Virus record (IMG/VR): IMGVR_UViG_3300026825_000020 | Span: 1 to 36,058 of that record | Reading direction: 5' to 3' (one strand) | Source of the DNA: a virus | Lineage: Duplodnaviria > Caudoviricetes | Length of the DNA stretch: 36,058 bases | In this document: positions 1 through 8,195 of the stretch, piece by piece | Numbering within the stretch: position 1 is the first letter of the stretch | How the letters are laid out: each line of letters starts with the position of its first letter | The notes under the pieces: model-generated | What the model was told of the DNA's origin: nothing | Database searches by the model: none | Seen by the model: the letters and a program-made list of their open reading frames with translations, nothing else | Program-made: the position numbers and the translations under genes

Positions 1-537
1 TCAGAGCGCAGAGCCGTCGAGGACGGCGGCCAGGACAGCCTCCAGCGGGGGACCACCCGTCAGGCGGAAGGCGACCGGGATCGCCGCCGGCTTGGGCGCG
101 AGCCTGTCAGGTCCGCCGCCGAGGCGGCGCGCCCCAGCTTCGTCACGGGCGCCCACAACATAGCAGCTGCAGTCCCAGTCGTTGGGCGGAAACGCATCGC
201 GCCAGAACGGGTCGCACGGCGGAAGAGTGACGCCGTCCAGGTAGCGATGCGCCTCGGCGCATTGGAGCGACGTTCCGGTCCTGTAGACCCACAACGAGAA
301 CCCCCCCGCCACCAGCTGGTGTAGTCGCTCTCGCGAATAGAGGCCGGCGGAGATCGCCCGGTAGAGCACGGTGATCCGGTCGCGACGGAGCCCACCGTCA
401 GCCGGCAGGAGGTGGAGCCAGCCCCGCGCCTCGGCAAGGGCGAGGAAGTCGCGCTCGAAGCGGTCGAGCGACTGGCCTGACAGATAGAGGCGTTGCGCCC
501 ACTCCGTAAAGCCTGTGCCGTCGATCGCCTGAGCCAC
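1..537 (-). CDS. Truncated MuF (gpF-like minor head) domain protein, paralog of 18639..19832, 178 aa
   Basis: Likely GTG start at 537, 10 nt after the repressor stop, with AGGGG upstream (track ORF 1..642 overlaps the repressor). Has the MuF motifs WVYR, H..LDG..LPP.DPFW...PPNDWDCSCYV. Confidence 0.8.
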   Translation of the reverse strand: MAQAIDGTGFTEWAQRLYLSGQSLDRFERDFLALAEARGWLHLLPADGGLRRDRITVLYRAISAGLYSRERLHQLVAGGFSLWVYRTGTSLQCAEAHRYLDGVTLPPCDPFWRDAFPPNDWDCSCYVVGARDEAGARRLGGGPDRLAPKPAAIPVAFRLTGGPPLEAVLAAVLDGSAL

Positions 538-547
538 CGCCGAACCC

Positions 548-1219
548 CTACCGCTGCCGCCAGGTATGGGCCGACCATACCACCTCGCCGTGCACGACGA
601 CGCGTGCGGCGTCCTCGCCGCGGCGGACCTCGGTCGGGGCATCGGCGTTGTCGGAGCGCAGCAGCAGCTCCGGCTCCTCGCCGGGCACGAGGACAGGCTC
701 GAGCCGCTTCACGCGCACCTGGCCGTCGACGTCGGTAAAGGCGTAGACCCGGCGCGGCCGGATCGAGGTCCGCTTGCCGTCGACGAGGACGAGGTCCCCG
801 TCGAGGAGCCCAGGTGCCATGCTGTCGCCGCGGACGGCGACAACCGCGGCCCTGGCGGGGTCGATCCCCAGGCGATAGAGCCAGTCGCGCCGGAAGGCGT
901 GCCGCTCTAGCACGACATTCGATCCCTCGGCCCCCGGACCGGCCGAGAGCTGCACCTCGAGCCGTGGAATGGTCGCGTAGTCCTCGTCGGGCAGAGGCGC
1001 GGCATCCGGCGGCGGCCTTCGGGGACCGATGTAGAGCTCGAGGCCGAGGGCGTCGGCGATCCTGGCGGCCTTGTCGACGCTTGGCGAAGCGCGCTTGTCG
1101 TCGTCGCGCACCACGCCGCGAATGTATCCGGTCGGAAATCCCGCCCTCGTCTCCGCCTGGTGCACGTTCAGGCCGAGCTCCGCAAGGCGGTCGGTAACGA
1201 TCTCCGCGAATGGCTTCAT
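548..1219 (-). CDS. CI-like phage repressor: N-terminal HTH plus S24 autopeptidase domain
   Basis: SAGPG cleavage-site motif, VRGDSM (catalytic Ser) and VKRL (catalytic Lys); divergent from the early operon. ATG at 1219 (TTG at 1222 also possible). Confidence 0.92.
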   Translation of the reverse strand: MKPFAEIVTDRLAELGLNVHQAETRAGFPTGYIRGVVRDDDKRASPSVDKAARIADALGLELYIGPRRPPPDAAPLPDEDYATIPRLEVQLSAGPGAEGSNVVLERHAFRRDWLYRLGIDPARAAVVAVRGDSMAPGLLDGDLVLVDGKRTSIRPRRVYAFTDVDGQVRVKRLEPVLVPGEEPELLLRSDNADAPTEVRRGEDAARVVVHGEVVWSAHTWRQR

Positions 1220-1239
1220 CAAGAAACTTGCCCCCGTAA

Positions 1240-1314
1240 TTGGGGAAAATCCTAGAACACAACCCGCTTGACAATTGGGTTATCGCCTAAGCATGATGTT
1301 AGGGGATAGCCAAA
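1240..1314. promoter_or_regulatory. Three putative repressor operators, consensus TTRGG-N6-CCWAR
   Basis: TTGGGGAAAATCCTAG (1240-1255), TTGGGTTATCGCCTAA (1275-1290) and TTAGGGGATAGCCAAA (1299-1314): imperfect 16-bp palindromes in the AT-rich gap between divergent regulators. Confidence 0.75.
1268..1297 (+). promoter_or_regulatory. Early lytic sigma70-type promoter
   Basis: Perfect TTGACA at 1268-1273, 18-nt spacer, CATGAT at 1292-1297; operator 2 fills the spacer. Confidence 0.7.
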
Positions 1315-1327
1315 ACAAGCGGAATCC

Positions 1328-1570
1328 ATGTTCGGCACTCAAGTCATCGAAGTGGCGGAAGCCTACAGCAAGCACACCGGGCTGATGCTTTCGACGCTCG
1401 GGGCCTATGCCGTCAACGATGGCAGGTTTCTGACCAACCTGAAGGAGACGGGCCGCGGGGGCCTCCGGACCGCCGAACGCGCCCTCCAATGGTTCTCCGA
1501 CCACTGGCCCGCCGACCTCGAATGGCCGCGGCATATCCCTCGTCCCCCCAGGAGCAAGGAGGCCGCGTGA
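1328..1570 (+). CDS. Cro/Ner-like small DNA-binding regulator
   Basis: 80 aa, first gene divergent from the repressor; HTH-like STLGAYAVNDGRFL segment and WFSDHWPADLEWP tail. Confidence 0.75.
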   Translation: MFGTQVIEVAEAYSKHTGLMLSTLGAYAVNDGRFLTNLKETGRGGLRTAERALQWFSDHWPADLEWPRHIPRPPRSKEAA

Positions 1571-1806
1571 TGGCACCCGATCCGCATCCCCATTCCGGGA
1601 ACCCCGACGGCCGCCGACAGGCCGAGGGGAGCCGCCCCGCCCTGCGCCGGACCTCCCTCCCACGCGCAGGGCGGGGCACCTTCGCGCGCTGGCTCGCGCG
1701 GATCGACGACAGCCTGGTCGGAGACGCGATCGGGCTCGCCTGCCTCGTCGGCATCCTGGTGCTCGGCCTCCACGCCGCGCCCGTCATCGAGGAGCTGCTG
1801 AAATGA
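1570..1806 (+). CDS. Small membrane protein (78 aa)
   Basis: ATG overlaps the previous TGA, AAGGAGG upstream; C-terminal hydrophobic helix AIGLACLVGILVLGL. Confidence 0.65.
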   Translation: MAPDPHPHSGNPDGRRQAEGSRPALRRTSLPRAGRGTFARWLARIDDSLVGDAIGLACLVGILVLGLHAAPVIEELLK

Positions 1807-2057
1807 GCGAGATCCCCGCGCGCTGGCGCGCCGTGAACGCCCTGCTGTGCTCGGCCCGCGCGAACGCAAGCGCGATGCGCCGGACGGACCTTCCGGGGGA
1901 TCTGCGCGACGAGGCGACGCGCGGCTACTGCCGCGACGTGGACGCCCTCGTCGCCGAACTGGGCGCGATTCGCGATGCCGGCGCGCTCCCCGAGGGCATT
2001 TCGTGGGCCGAGACGTGCGGTCACGGCGCCGTGCATTACGGTCGCGAGGGGCAGTGA
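1803..2057 (+). CDS. Hypothetical phage protein
   Basis: ATGA overlap, GAGGAG upstream, typical codon usage. Confidence 0.65.
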   Translation: MSEIPARWRAVNALLCSARANASAMRRTDLPGDLRDEATRGYCRDVDALVAELGAIRDAGALPEGISWAETCGHGAVHYGREGQ

Positions 2058-2164
2058 TGCGCCCCGGTTCGCCCCCGCCCGTCGTGGGCATCGTCATCCT
2101 CGGGACTGCCGTGTTCTACGCAGTCCTGGGCGCGGCCCTGCTGGCCGCCTGGGTGCTGCCGTGA
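2057..2164 (+). CDS. Very small single-TM protein (35 aa)
   Basis: TGATG overlap, GAGGGG upstream; MRPGSPPPVVGIVILGTAVFYAVLGAALLAAWVLP. Confidence 0.55.
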   Translation: MRPGSPPPVVGIVILGTAVFYAVLGAALLAAWVLP

Positions 2165-2397
2165 ACGCTGCACGGCTCACCTCGCCGCGCCTGCAGCGCG
2201 TCCTGCACGTCCTGCGCGACGGCCGCCCTCTGACCACGCGGGCGATCATCCGCAAGGCCGGCGTCTGCGCGGTGAACGCGATCGTCGCCGAGCTTCGCCA
2301 GCACGGTGCCGTGATCCGCGTCGAGCAGCGCCGCGACGTGCGCACCGGGCGGCGGCGCTGGTTCTACACCCTGATCGAAGAGCCGAGGACAGAATGA
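2161..2397 (+). CDS. Winged-HTH-like protein (78 aa)
   Basis: GTGA overlap; RLQRVLHVLRDGRPLTTRAI...VNAIVAELRQHG pattern followed by a beta-hairpin ending WFYTL. Confidence 0.65.
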   Translation: MNAARLTSPRLQRVLHVLRDGRPLTTRAIIRKAGVCAVNAIVAELRQHGAVIRVEQRRDVRTGRRRWFYTLIEEPRTE

Positions 2398-3326
2398 GCG
2401 GACCCGTCTCGCGCGAGATCCTCCTCAAGCCGTCGGAGATCGAGATCGGCGAGCGGCTGCGGCCGCTGACCGAGGCCGGGGTCGAAAGCCTGATCGCGTC
2501 GATCGCCGAGATCGGCTTCATCAAGGATCCGATCCACGTCCGTGCGCTCAAGGGCGGGCGGCACCGGCTGATCGCCGGGGCGCACCGGCTGGAGGCGGCC
2601 AGGCGCCTGAACTGGCACATGGTCACCTGCCGGGTGTGGTCCGGCACCGGCGTGACCGACGACTGGTGCCGCCTGATGGAGGTGGACGACAACCTCGCGG
2701 GCGCCGAGATGGACGCGCTCGACACTGCGGTCTTCCTTGCCGAGCGCAAGCGGCTCTACCTGAAGCTGCACCCGGAAACCGCGCAGGCCACGGGGGGCGC
2801 CCTCGTGGCGAAGCGGTGGCACCGCGATACGAGCGACATCGAGTCGTTCGTATCGGCGACGGCCGCGAAGTTCGGGCTCTCGCGGCGTCACGTAGAGCGG
2901 CTGGTGAAGGCGGGCGAAGCCGTCCTGGGTGACGACGCCGGGCGCCTCCGCAACGCACCGGTGCGCCCAAGGCTGAACGACCTGCTGGCGCTGGCGAAGG
3001 CCGACCCGGCGCGTCGCAGCGCCGCCATCGACGCCTTCGCCTCCGGTGCGGTGCGCCGGATCGGCGATGCGCTGCGGGCGCCTGAGGCCGCGCCCAAGGA
3101 TCCCGTCGAGGAAGCCTTCAAGGCGCTCAGGCTCGCCTGGGAGCGTGCACCGGAGCCTGCGCGCCGGCGCTTCGTCGGCGAGTTCTATGCCGCGCTGTCG
3201 GTGCGCACGCGGGAGGAAGCGGAGCGGCGCATCATCGGCGAGAAGCTGGGGGTGGACCCTGAAGACCCGGCCGTCGGCCGGGTGAAGGCGCGCTTCGGGC
3301 CGCGCGCCGGAAAGGCCGCGTCGTGA
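2394..3326 (+). CDS. ParB/Srx N-terminal domain protein
   Basis: PIHV...LIAGAHRLEAARRL ParB box, EVDDNL, HTH-like TAAKFGLSRRHVER. Confidence 0.85.
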   Translation: MSGPVSREILLKPSEIEIGERLRPLTEAGVESLIASIAEIGFIKDPIHVRALKGGRHRLIAGAHRLEAARRLNWHMVTCRVWSGTGVTDDWCRLMEVDDNLAGAEMDALDTAVFLAERKRLYLKLHPETAQATGGALVAKRWHRDTSDIESFVSATAAKFGLSRRHVERLVKAGEAVLGDDAGRLRNAPVRPRLNDLLALAKADPARRSAAIDAFASGAVRRIGDALRAPEAAPKDPVEEAFKALRLAWERAPEPARRRFVGEFYAALSVRTREEAERRIIGEKLGVDPEDPAVGRVKARFGPRAGKAAS

Positions 3327-5461
3327 GCGCCGGGCCGGACCGCGTGTGGTGGACCGCCGCCGAGATCGCGGCGGCGGGGCTTGCCGACCTGCCGCGCACA
3401 ACCCGGGGCGTCGACGCCATGGCCAAGCGCCTGGGCTGGCGCGGCCGGACCGGCCTCGCCCGCCGCCGGTCGGGCCGCGGCGGCGGCTGGGAATATCACT
3501 GGCATCTCTTCCCCGCCCGGGCGCAGAAGCAGGTCGCCGCGAGCGTCGCGCCGCTCCCGGCCCCGGGTCGGGACGAGGCCGGGCGGGACGAGCTCTGGGT
3601 GTGGTTCGACGGGCTCCCGGAGAAGGCAAAGGCCAGGGCACGGGCCCGTCTTGCCGTTCTCGACCGCGTCGATGCCCTGCACGCCGCCGGCAGCGGGCGC
3701 TTCCTCGCGGTCGCCGATGCGGCACGGCTCGCCGGCGTGTCGCCGCGCAGCGTCTGGAACTGGATCGGGCTGGTCGACGGCGTCGCCCGCGACGACCGGC
3801 TGCCGTACCTGGCCCCCAGGCACCGGGACGCCCGGCGGGAAGTGCGGCGGGCCGAGTGCAGCCCCGAGTTCCTCGATGCGATCAAGTCTGACTACCTCCG
3901 CCTGTCGCAGCCATCGTTCAGCGCCTGCTACAGACGGGCGCTGCGGCTCGCGGAGGCGAACGGCTGGGACACCCTGCCCGAGCGCACCATGCGGCGCATC
4001 TACCGCCGGCAGGTGAGCCGTGCGACCGAGGTTCTCGCCCGCCGCGGCGTGGAGACGCTGAAGCGCCTCCAGCCCGCCCAGGTCCGCGACAAGACCGCGC
4101 TCCGCGCGCTCGAGATCGTGAATGCCGACTTCCACAAGTTCGACGTGTTCGTCCGCTTCCCGGCCGAGCCGGGGGAGGACCGCCCCTGCATCGGCCGCCC
4201 GCAGATGGTGGCGTTCCAGGACGTCTTCTCGGGGCGCATCCTGAGCTGGCGCGTGGACCGCGAGCCGAACGCCGTTGCCGTCCAGCTCGCCGCCGGAGAC
4301 ATGATCGAGGCCTGGGGAATCCCGGACGCGGTGCTCCTCGACAACGGGCGGGAGTTCGCGGCCAAGGCCATAACCGGCGGCGCACCCACGCGCTACCGCT
4401 TCAAGGTCCGGGAAGACGACATTCCCGGTCTCTTCGTCGCGCTCGGCTGCGAGGTCCTGTGGGCCACGCCCTACAGCGGGCAGTCGAAGCCGGTCGAGCG
4501 CGCCTTCCGCGACCTCTGCGACAGCGTCGCCAAGGATCCGCGGTTCGACGGCGCATGGACCGGGAACAGACCGGACGCGAAACCGGAGGACTACGGCAGC
4601 CGGGCGGTGGATCTCGACGCCTTCCTCGCGGTGCTCGCCGAGGGCATCGCCGAGCACAACACCCGCACCGGGCGCCGGTCCGAGGTGGCAATGGGGCGCT
4701 CCTTCGCCGAGGTCTTCGACGAGAGCTACGCGAGCGCGCCGATCCGCAAGGCCACGGAGGCCCAGAGGCGCCTCTGGCTTCTGGGCGCGGAGGGCGTCAG
4801 GGCGGACGCGCGGACCGGCGCGGTCTCCTTCCAGGGCAATACCTACCACGCGGACTGGATGCTGGCGCTGGCCGGCCGGCGGGTCATCGTGCGGTTCGAT
4901 CCGGCCGACCTGTGGTCGGGGATCCACGTCTACTCGGCCGAGAACGAGTACCTCGGCCACGCCCCGTGCAAGCTGAAGGTCGGCTTCCGCGACTCGGCCG
5001 AGGCGCGGCAGCTCGCAAGGGCACGGCGCGCCGCGCTGGCCGCGGAACGGCGTGCGGAGGCCGCCCACCGCCGCTACAGCGCGGCCGAGCTCGGCCGGAT
5101 GCTCGATGCCGCCGCCCCCGCCGTCTCCGAGGGCAGCCCGCCGGAAGCGAAGGTCGTGCGCCCGGCGTTCGGCGCCGGGCCGCTGCGCCGGCCGCCGCGG
5201 GACGAGACCTTCGAGGCGGCCGTCGAGGCCGAGCACAGGGTTCTTGTGGCCGACATGGCCGCAAGGCGCGGCGCCGCACCGGCGCCGGAGGAGGACGAGC
5301 TCGGGCGGTTTCGCCGCGCGCTCGACCTCGAGCAGCGGCTTGCCCGCGGGGAGGCCGTCACGGCCGACCAGCAGCGCTGGCTCGCCGTCTACCAGCAGCA
5401 GCCCGAGTACCAGGGCCAGCTCCTGCTCTGGCGGGAGTACGGCGACGCGATGTTCGGGTGA
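3323..5461 (+). CDS. Mu-type DDE transposase (MuA-like)
   Basis: N-terminal Mu DNA-binding domain (WTAAEIA..LADLP...GGGWEYH); DDE candidates NADFHKFD, LLDNGREF, KPVERAF; C-terminal VRFDPADL. Confidence 0.95.
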   Translation: MSAGPDRVWWTAAEIAAAGLADLPRTTRGVDAMAKRLGWRGRTGLARRRSGRGGGWEYHWHLFPARAQKQVAASVAPLPAPGRDEAGRDELWVWFDGLPEKAKARARARLAVLDRVDALHAAGSGRFLAVADAARLAGVSPRSVWNWIGLVDGVARDDRLPYLAPRHRDARREVRRAECSPEFLDAIKSDYLRLSQPSFSACYRRALRLAEANGWDTLPERTMRRIYRRQVSRATEVLARRGVETLKRLQPAQVRDKTALRALEIVNADFHKFDVFVRFPAEPGEDRPCIGRPQMVAFQDVFSGRILSWRVDREPNAVAVQLAAGDMIEAWGIPDAVLLDNGREFAAKAITGGAPTRYRFKVREDDIPGLFVALGCEVLWATPYSGQSKPVERAFRDLCDSVAKDPRFDGAWTGNRPDAKPEDYGSRAVDLDAFLAVLAEGIAEHNTRTGRRSEVAMGRSFAEVFDESYASAPIRKATEAQRRLWLLGAEGVRADARTGAVSFQGNTYHADWMLALAGRRVIVRFDPADLWSGIHVYSAENEYLGHAPCKLKVGFRDSAEARQLARARRAALAAERRAEAAHRRYSAAELGRMLDAAAPAVSEGSPPEAKVVRPAFGAGPLRRPPRDETFEAAVEAEHRVLVADMAARRGAAPAPEEDELGRFRRALDLEQRLARGEAVTADQQRWLAVYQQQPEYQGQLLLWREYGDAMFG

Positions 5462-5466
5462 GAGGC

Positions 5467-5499
5467 GCCGCCGGGGGCGGTGGGACGCCCGCCGGCGGC
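5467..5499 (+). other. GC-rich hairpin between transposase and MuB
   Basis: GCCGCCGG/CCGGCGGC plus GGGCG/CGCCC (13 bp, one bulge); no U-tract. Confidence 0.5.
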
Positions 5500-5520
5500 A
5501 GTTACGGAAACGGGGATACC

Positions 5521-6288
5521 ATGACGCAGAAACTCACGGCGAGCAACGGGAGGGCGGTGCTGAAGAACGTCAGCCGCCTCGTCACGCTCGTGAAGCGGGT
5601 GCAGAACCGCAACATCGACCTGCCGGGGATGGGGGTCTTCTACGGTCCGGCGGGGTTCGGGAAGACCATCGCCTCGCTGCAGTGCGCCACGACCTTCGGG
5701 GCGGTCGTGGTGCAGGTGAAGTCGGTCTGGACCGCCAAGACGCTCTGCCAGGCGATCCTGGCCGAGATCGGCATCCGCCCGGCGCCGACCATCTCGCAGA
5801 TGCTCGGCCAGATCTGCGACCACCTCGCCCAGCTGGACGTGCCGCTCATCATCGACGAGGCCGACTTCCTCGTGCAGCGCAAGATGATCGAGCTCGTCCG
5901 CGACATCTACGAGGGCTCAGGCGCGCCGGTGATCCTGATCGGCAACGAGCAGCTGCCCCAGCTGCTGCAGCGTTGGGAACGCTTCCACAGCAGGATCATG
6001 AGCTGGGTTCCCGCGGAGCCCGGAGACCTCGCGGACGCCCGCCTCCTGGCCCCTCTCTACGCCCCCGGCGTCGAGATCGAGCCCGCGCTCCTCGAGCGGC
6101 TGGTCGCGGCCTCGCACGGCTCGATCCGGCGGATCTGCACCAACCTCGACCTGCTGCGCGAGTTCGCCTCGACGCGGGGTCTCGCGCGGATCGGCGGAGA
6201 CGACTGGAAGGGTCAGCGGTTCAACACCGGAGAGCCGCCGGCGATCCGCCGCTTCGCGGGAGCGATCGGACGGGAGGCCGCGGCATGA
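5521..6288 (+). CDS. MuB-like AAA+ transposition ATPase
   Basis: ATG 5521 with GGGGA upstream; Walker A GPAGFGKT, Walker B LIIDEAD, SRI arginine-finger region; directly follows the transposase. Confidence 0.93.
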   Translation: MTQKLTASNGRAVLKNVSRLVTLVKRVQNRNIDLPGMGVFYGPAGFGKTIASLQCATTFGAVVVQVKSVWTAKTLCQAILAEIGIRPAPTISQMLGQICDHLAQLDVPLIIDEADFLVQRKMIELVRDIYEGSGAPVILIGNEQLPQLLQRWERFHSRIMSWVPAEPGDLADARLLAPLYAPGVEIEPALLERLVAASHGSIRRICTNLDLLREFASTRGLARIGGDDWKGQRFNTGEPPAIRRFAGAIGREAAA

Positions 6289-6866
6289 GCGGGTTCCCGA
6301 GCCCCCCGCCGCGTTTGCTGGCCGGCCACGCAGCCGCCTGGGCGGACGTCCGCGAGCGCGGCGAGTTCACCTACCGCGACGTCTGCTCCGCCGCCGGGAT
6401 CTCCTACACCGCCGCGTTCCGGCTGGTCGCCGAGTGGGAACGGGTCGGCGCCGTCGAACTGGCGCGCAGCGAGGGCCGCGTCCGGGTCTTCGCGGTGCGC
6501 GACGCCACGGCCTTCGACGCGCTTGCGGCGGCGGCCGAGGAGCCGCGCGCGCCCTCGCGCGGGCAGAGCCCCGAGCGCAACATGTGGACCGCCATCCGGA
6601 CGCTCGCCAACTTCTCGGCCCGCGATGTCGCGATCCACGGCTCGACCGAGAGCGTGCGGCTCAGCGAGAGCGAGGCGCAGGCCTACTGCCGGGCGCTTCT
6701 GCGGTTCGGCTATCTGCGCGTCGTGCGCAAGGCGGTTCCCGGCCGCAGCCCGGCGACCTACCGGCTGATCCGGAACACCGGCCCCCAGGCGCCGCGCCTG
6801 CGCCGCGTCACCGGACTTCAGGACCCGAACACGGGAGCCTTCCTGCACGCGGAGGGCGGCGCATGA
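6285..6866 (+). CDS. Conserved Mu-like early protein with two winged-HTH-like halves
   Basis: ATGA overlap, GGAGG upstream; NMWTAIRTL...YCRALLRFGYL...YRLIRNTGPQAP motif typical of the gene after MuB. Confidence 0.8.
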   Translation: MSGFPSPPPRLLAGHAAAWADVRERGEFTYRDVCSAAGISYTAAFRLVAEWERVGAVELARSEGRVRVFAVRDATAFDALAAAAEEPRAPSRGQSPERNMWTAIRTLANFSARDVAIHGSTESVRLSESEAQAYCRALLRFGYLRVVRKAVPGRSPATYRLIRNTGPQAPRLRRVTGLQDPNTGAFLHAEGGA

Positions 6867-7243
6867 GCGAGCTGCTCGACGCTGTGCGCGAGGCCTGGAA
6901 CGGCAGCCCGCCCGACTGGGTCGAGACGCTCGCCCGTGCCTGCGCGGGGTCCAGCCAGGCGGCCGTCGCGAAGGAGCTCGGCAGGTCGGGCTCGCTCGTC
7001 AGCCAGGTTCTGCGCGCCCGCTATCCCGGCGATCTCGGGGCGGTCGAGGAGCTGGTCCGCGGCCGCTACATGAACGCCACGGTGGACTGCCCCGCGCAGG
7101 GTGCGCTGCCCGTCCACATCTGCCGGCTCTGGCGCGACCGGAGCCGCAACTTCTCGGGCCACAACGCGGAATGGGTGCGGATGCACCGCGCCTGCACCCG
7201 CTGCCCGCGCAATCGCAAGGAGCAAGGCAATGGAAGGTCGTGA
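6863..7243 (+). CDS. XRE-like HTH protein with C-terminal Cys cluster
   Basis: SQAAVAKELGRSGSLVSQVL HTH; CPAQG..C..CTRCP. Confidence 0.8.
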   Translation: MSELLDAVREAWNGSPPDWVETLARACAGSSQAAVAKELGRSGSLVSQVLRARYPGDLGAVEELVRGRYMNATVDCPAQGALPVHICRLWRDRSRNFSGHNAEWVRMHRACTRCPRNRKEQGNGRS

Positions 7244-7475
7244 CATCCATACCGTCGGCGAGGGCGCGGTCTCGCCGCTCGTCCGGGAGACGGTCGTCGA
7301 GCTCTTGACCCTCGGGCTCGACAACTCCCAGGTCTACGTCGCCGTGGCCCTGGCGGCCGGCAACCTCGTCGGCAACCTCGCCGACGGCCCCGAGGACATC
7401 GAGAATGCCGTTGCCGTGATCCGGAAGGTCGCGCACCGCGCCTGGCTGGCGCAGGCGCAGGGAGGCGAGGCATGA
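7230..7475 (+). CDS. Hypothetical phage protein
   Basis: AAGGAG upstream of ATG 7230; fills the operon gap. Confidence 0.7.
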   Translation: MEGRDIHTVGEGAVSPLVRETVVELLTLGLDNSQVYVAVALAAGNLVGNLADGPEDIENAVAVIRKVAHRAWLAQAQGGEA

Positions 7476-7945
7476 CCGCCGCGCCTCGCGGCATTCCCGT
7501 GTCGCGCGGGCAGCGGACGCTCGTGCTGATGACGCGCATCGCGGCGCATCGCGGGGTCCGGACCAGCGACCTCGTTCACCCGACCTCCAGGACCGCACCG
7601 GTCGCCTGGGCGCGGCACGAACTGCGCTGGGCCCTGCGGCAGCTCGAGCCGGGCTACAGCAACGCGCAGATCGGCCGCATCACCGGCGACGCCGACCCCA
7701 CCACGGTCCTCAACTCGATCAACCGGGTCGAGGAGCGCATGAAGGCGGACCCGGATTATGCCGCCGAGATGCGGCTGCTGCTCGACGAGAACCTCAGCGC
7801 CGAGCCCGAGACCGGGCACACCGAGCTGCCCGTCGCCCCGATCCTGGCCGCGCTGCGGGTGGTGCTCGGCGGGCGTCTCAAGGACCGCGAGGCGCGGATC
7901 GCGGCGCTCGCGCTCCTGGATGCCGTGGGGGTGCCGCATGACTGA
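7472..7945 (+). CDS. DnaA C-terminal (domain IV)-like HTH protein
   Basis: ARHELRWALRQL...SNAQIGRITGDADPTTVLNSINRVEE matches the DnaA domain IV pattern (R..AMYL...SL..IG..FGGRDHTTV). Confidence 0.75.
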   Translation: MTAAPRGIPVSRGQRTLVLMTRIAAHRGVRTSDLVHPTSRTAPVAWARHELRWALRQLEPGYSNAQIGRITGDADPTTVLNSINRVEERMKADPDYAAEMRLLLDENLSAEPETGHTELPVAPILAALRVVLGGRLKDREARIAALALLDAVGVPHD

Positions 7946-8195
7946 GCCCGCACGTCACGACCTCAACGAGCTGATCGTCCTCGCGGCAGCCGCCGTCGGC
8001 AAGGTCGACCGCTTCGGCCCGCGCGGCGCGACGCTGGTCAGCAGGGACGAGATCGAGGCCATGGCCGTCCTGCTGGCCTGCCTGGGCCTGACGCCGATCC
8101 TTCCGGGCACGACGAGAGCCGAGGCCGAGGCGCTCGGTCGCGCCCTCACCGACTTCTTCAACACCCACTTCAACGGAGGGTCAGATGGCCTCTGA
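7938..8195 (+). CDS. Hypothetical phage protein
   Basis: Overlapping ATG at 7938, typical codon usage. Confidence 0.7.
   Translation: MTEPARHDLNELIVLAAAAVGKVDRFGPRGATLVSRDEIEAMAVLLACLGLTPILPGTTRAEAEALGRALTDFFNTHFNGGSDGL

Noticed and set aside
538-642. N-terminal extension of ORF 1..642
   Set aside because: Overlaps the repressor's 3' end and is low-complexity; GTG at 537 with a ribosome-binding site fits better.
1245-1280. Leftward repressor promoter TTGTCA...TAGGAT
   Set aside because: The spacer is only 14 nt, so I cannot place the promoter with confidence.
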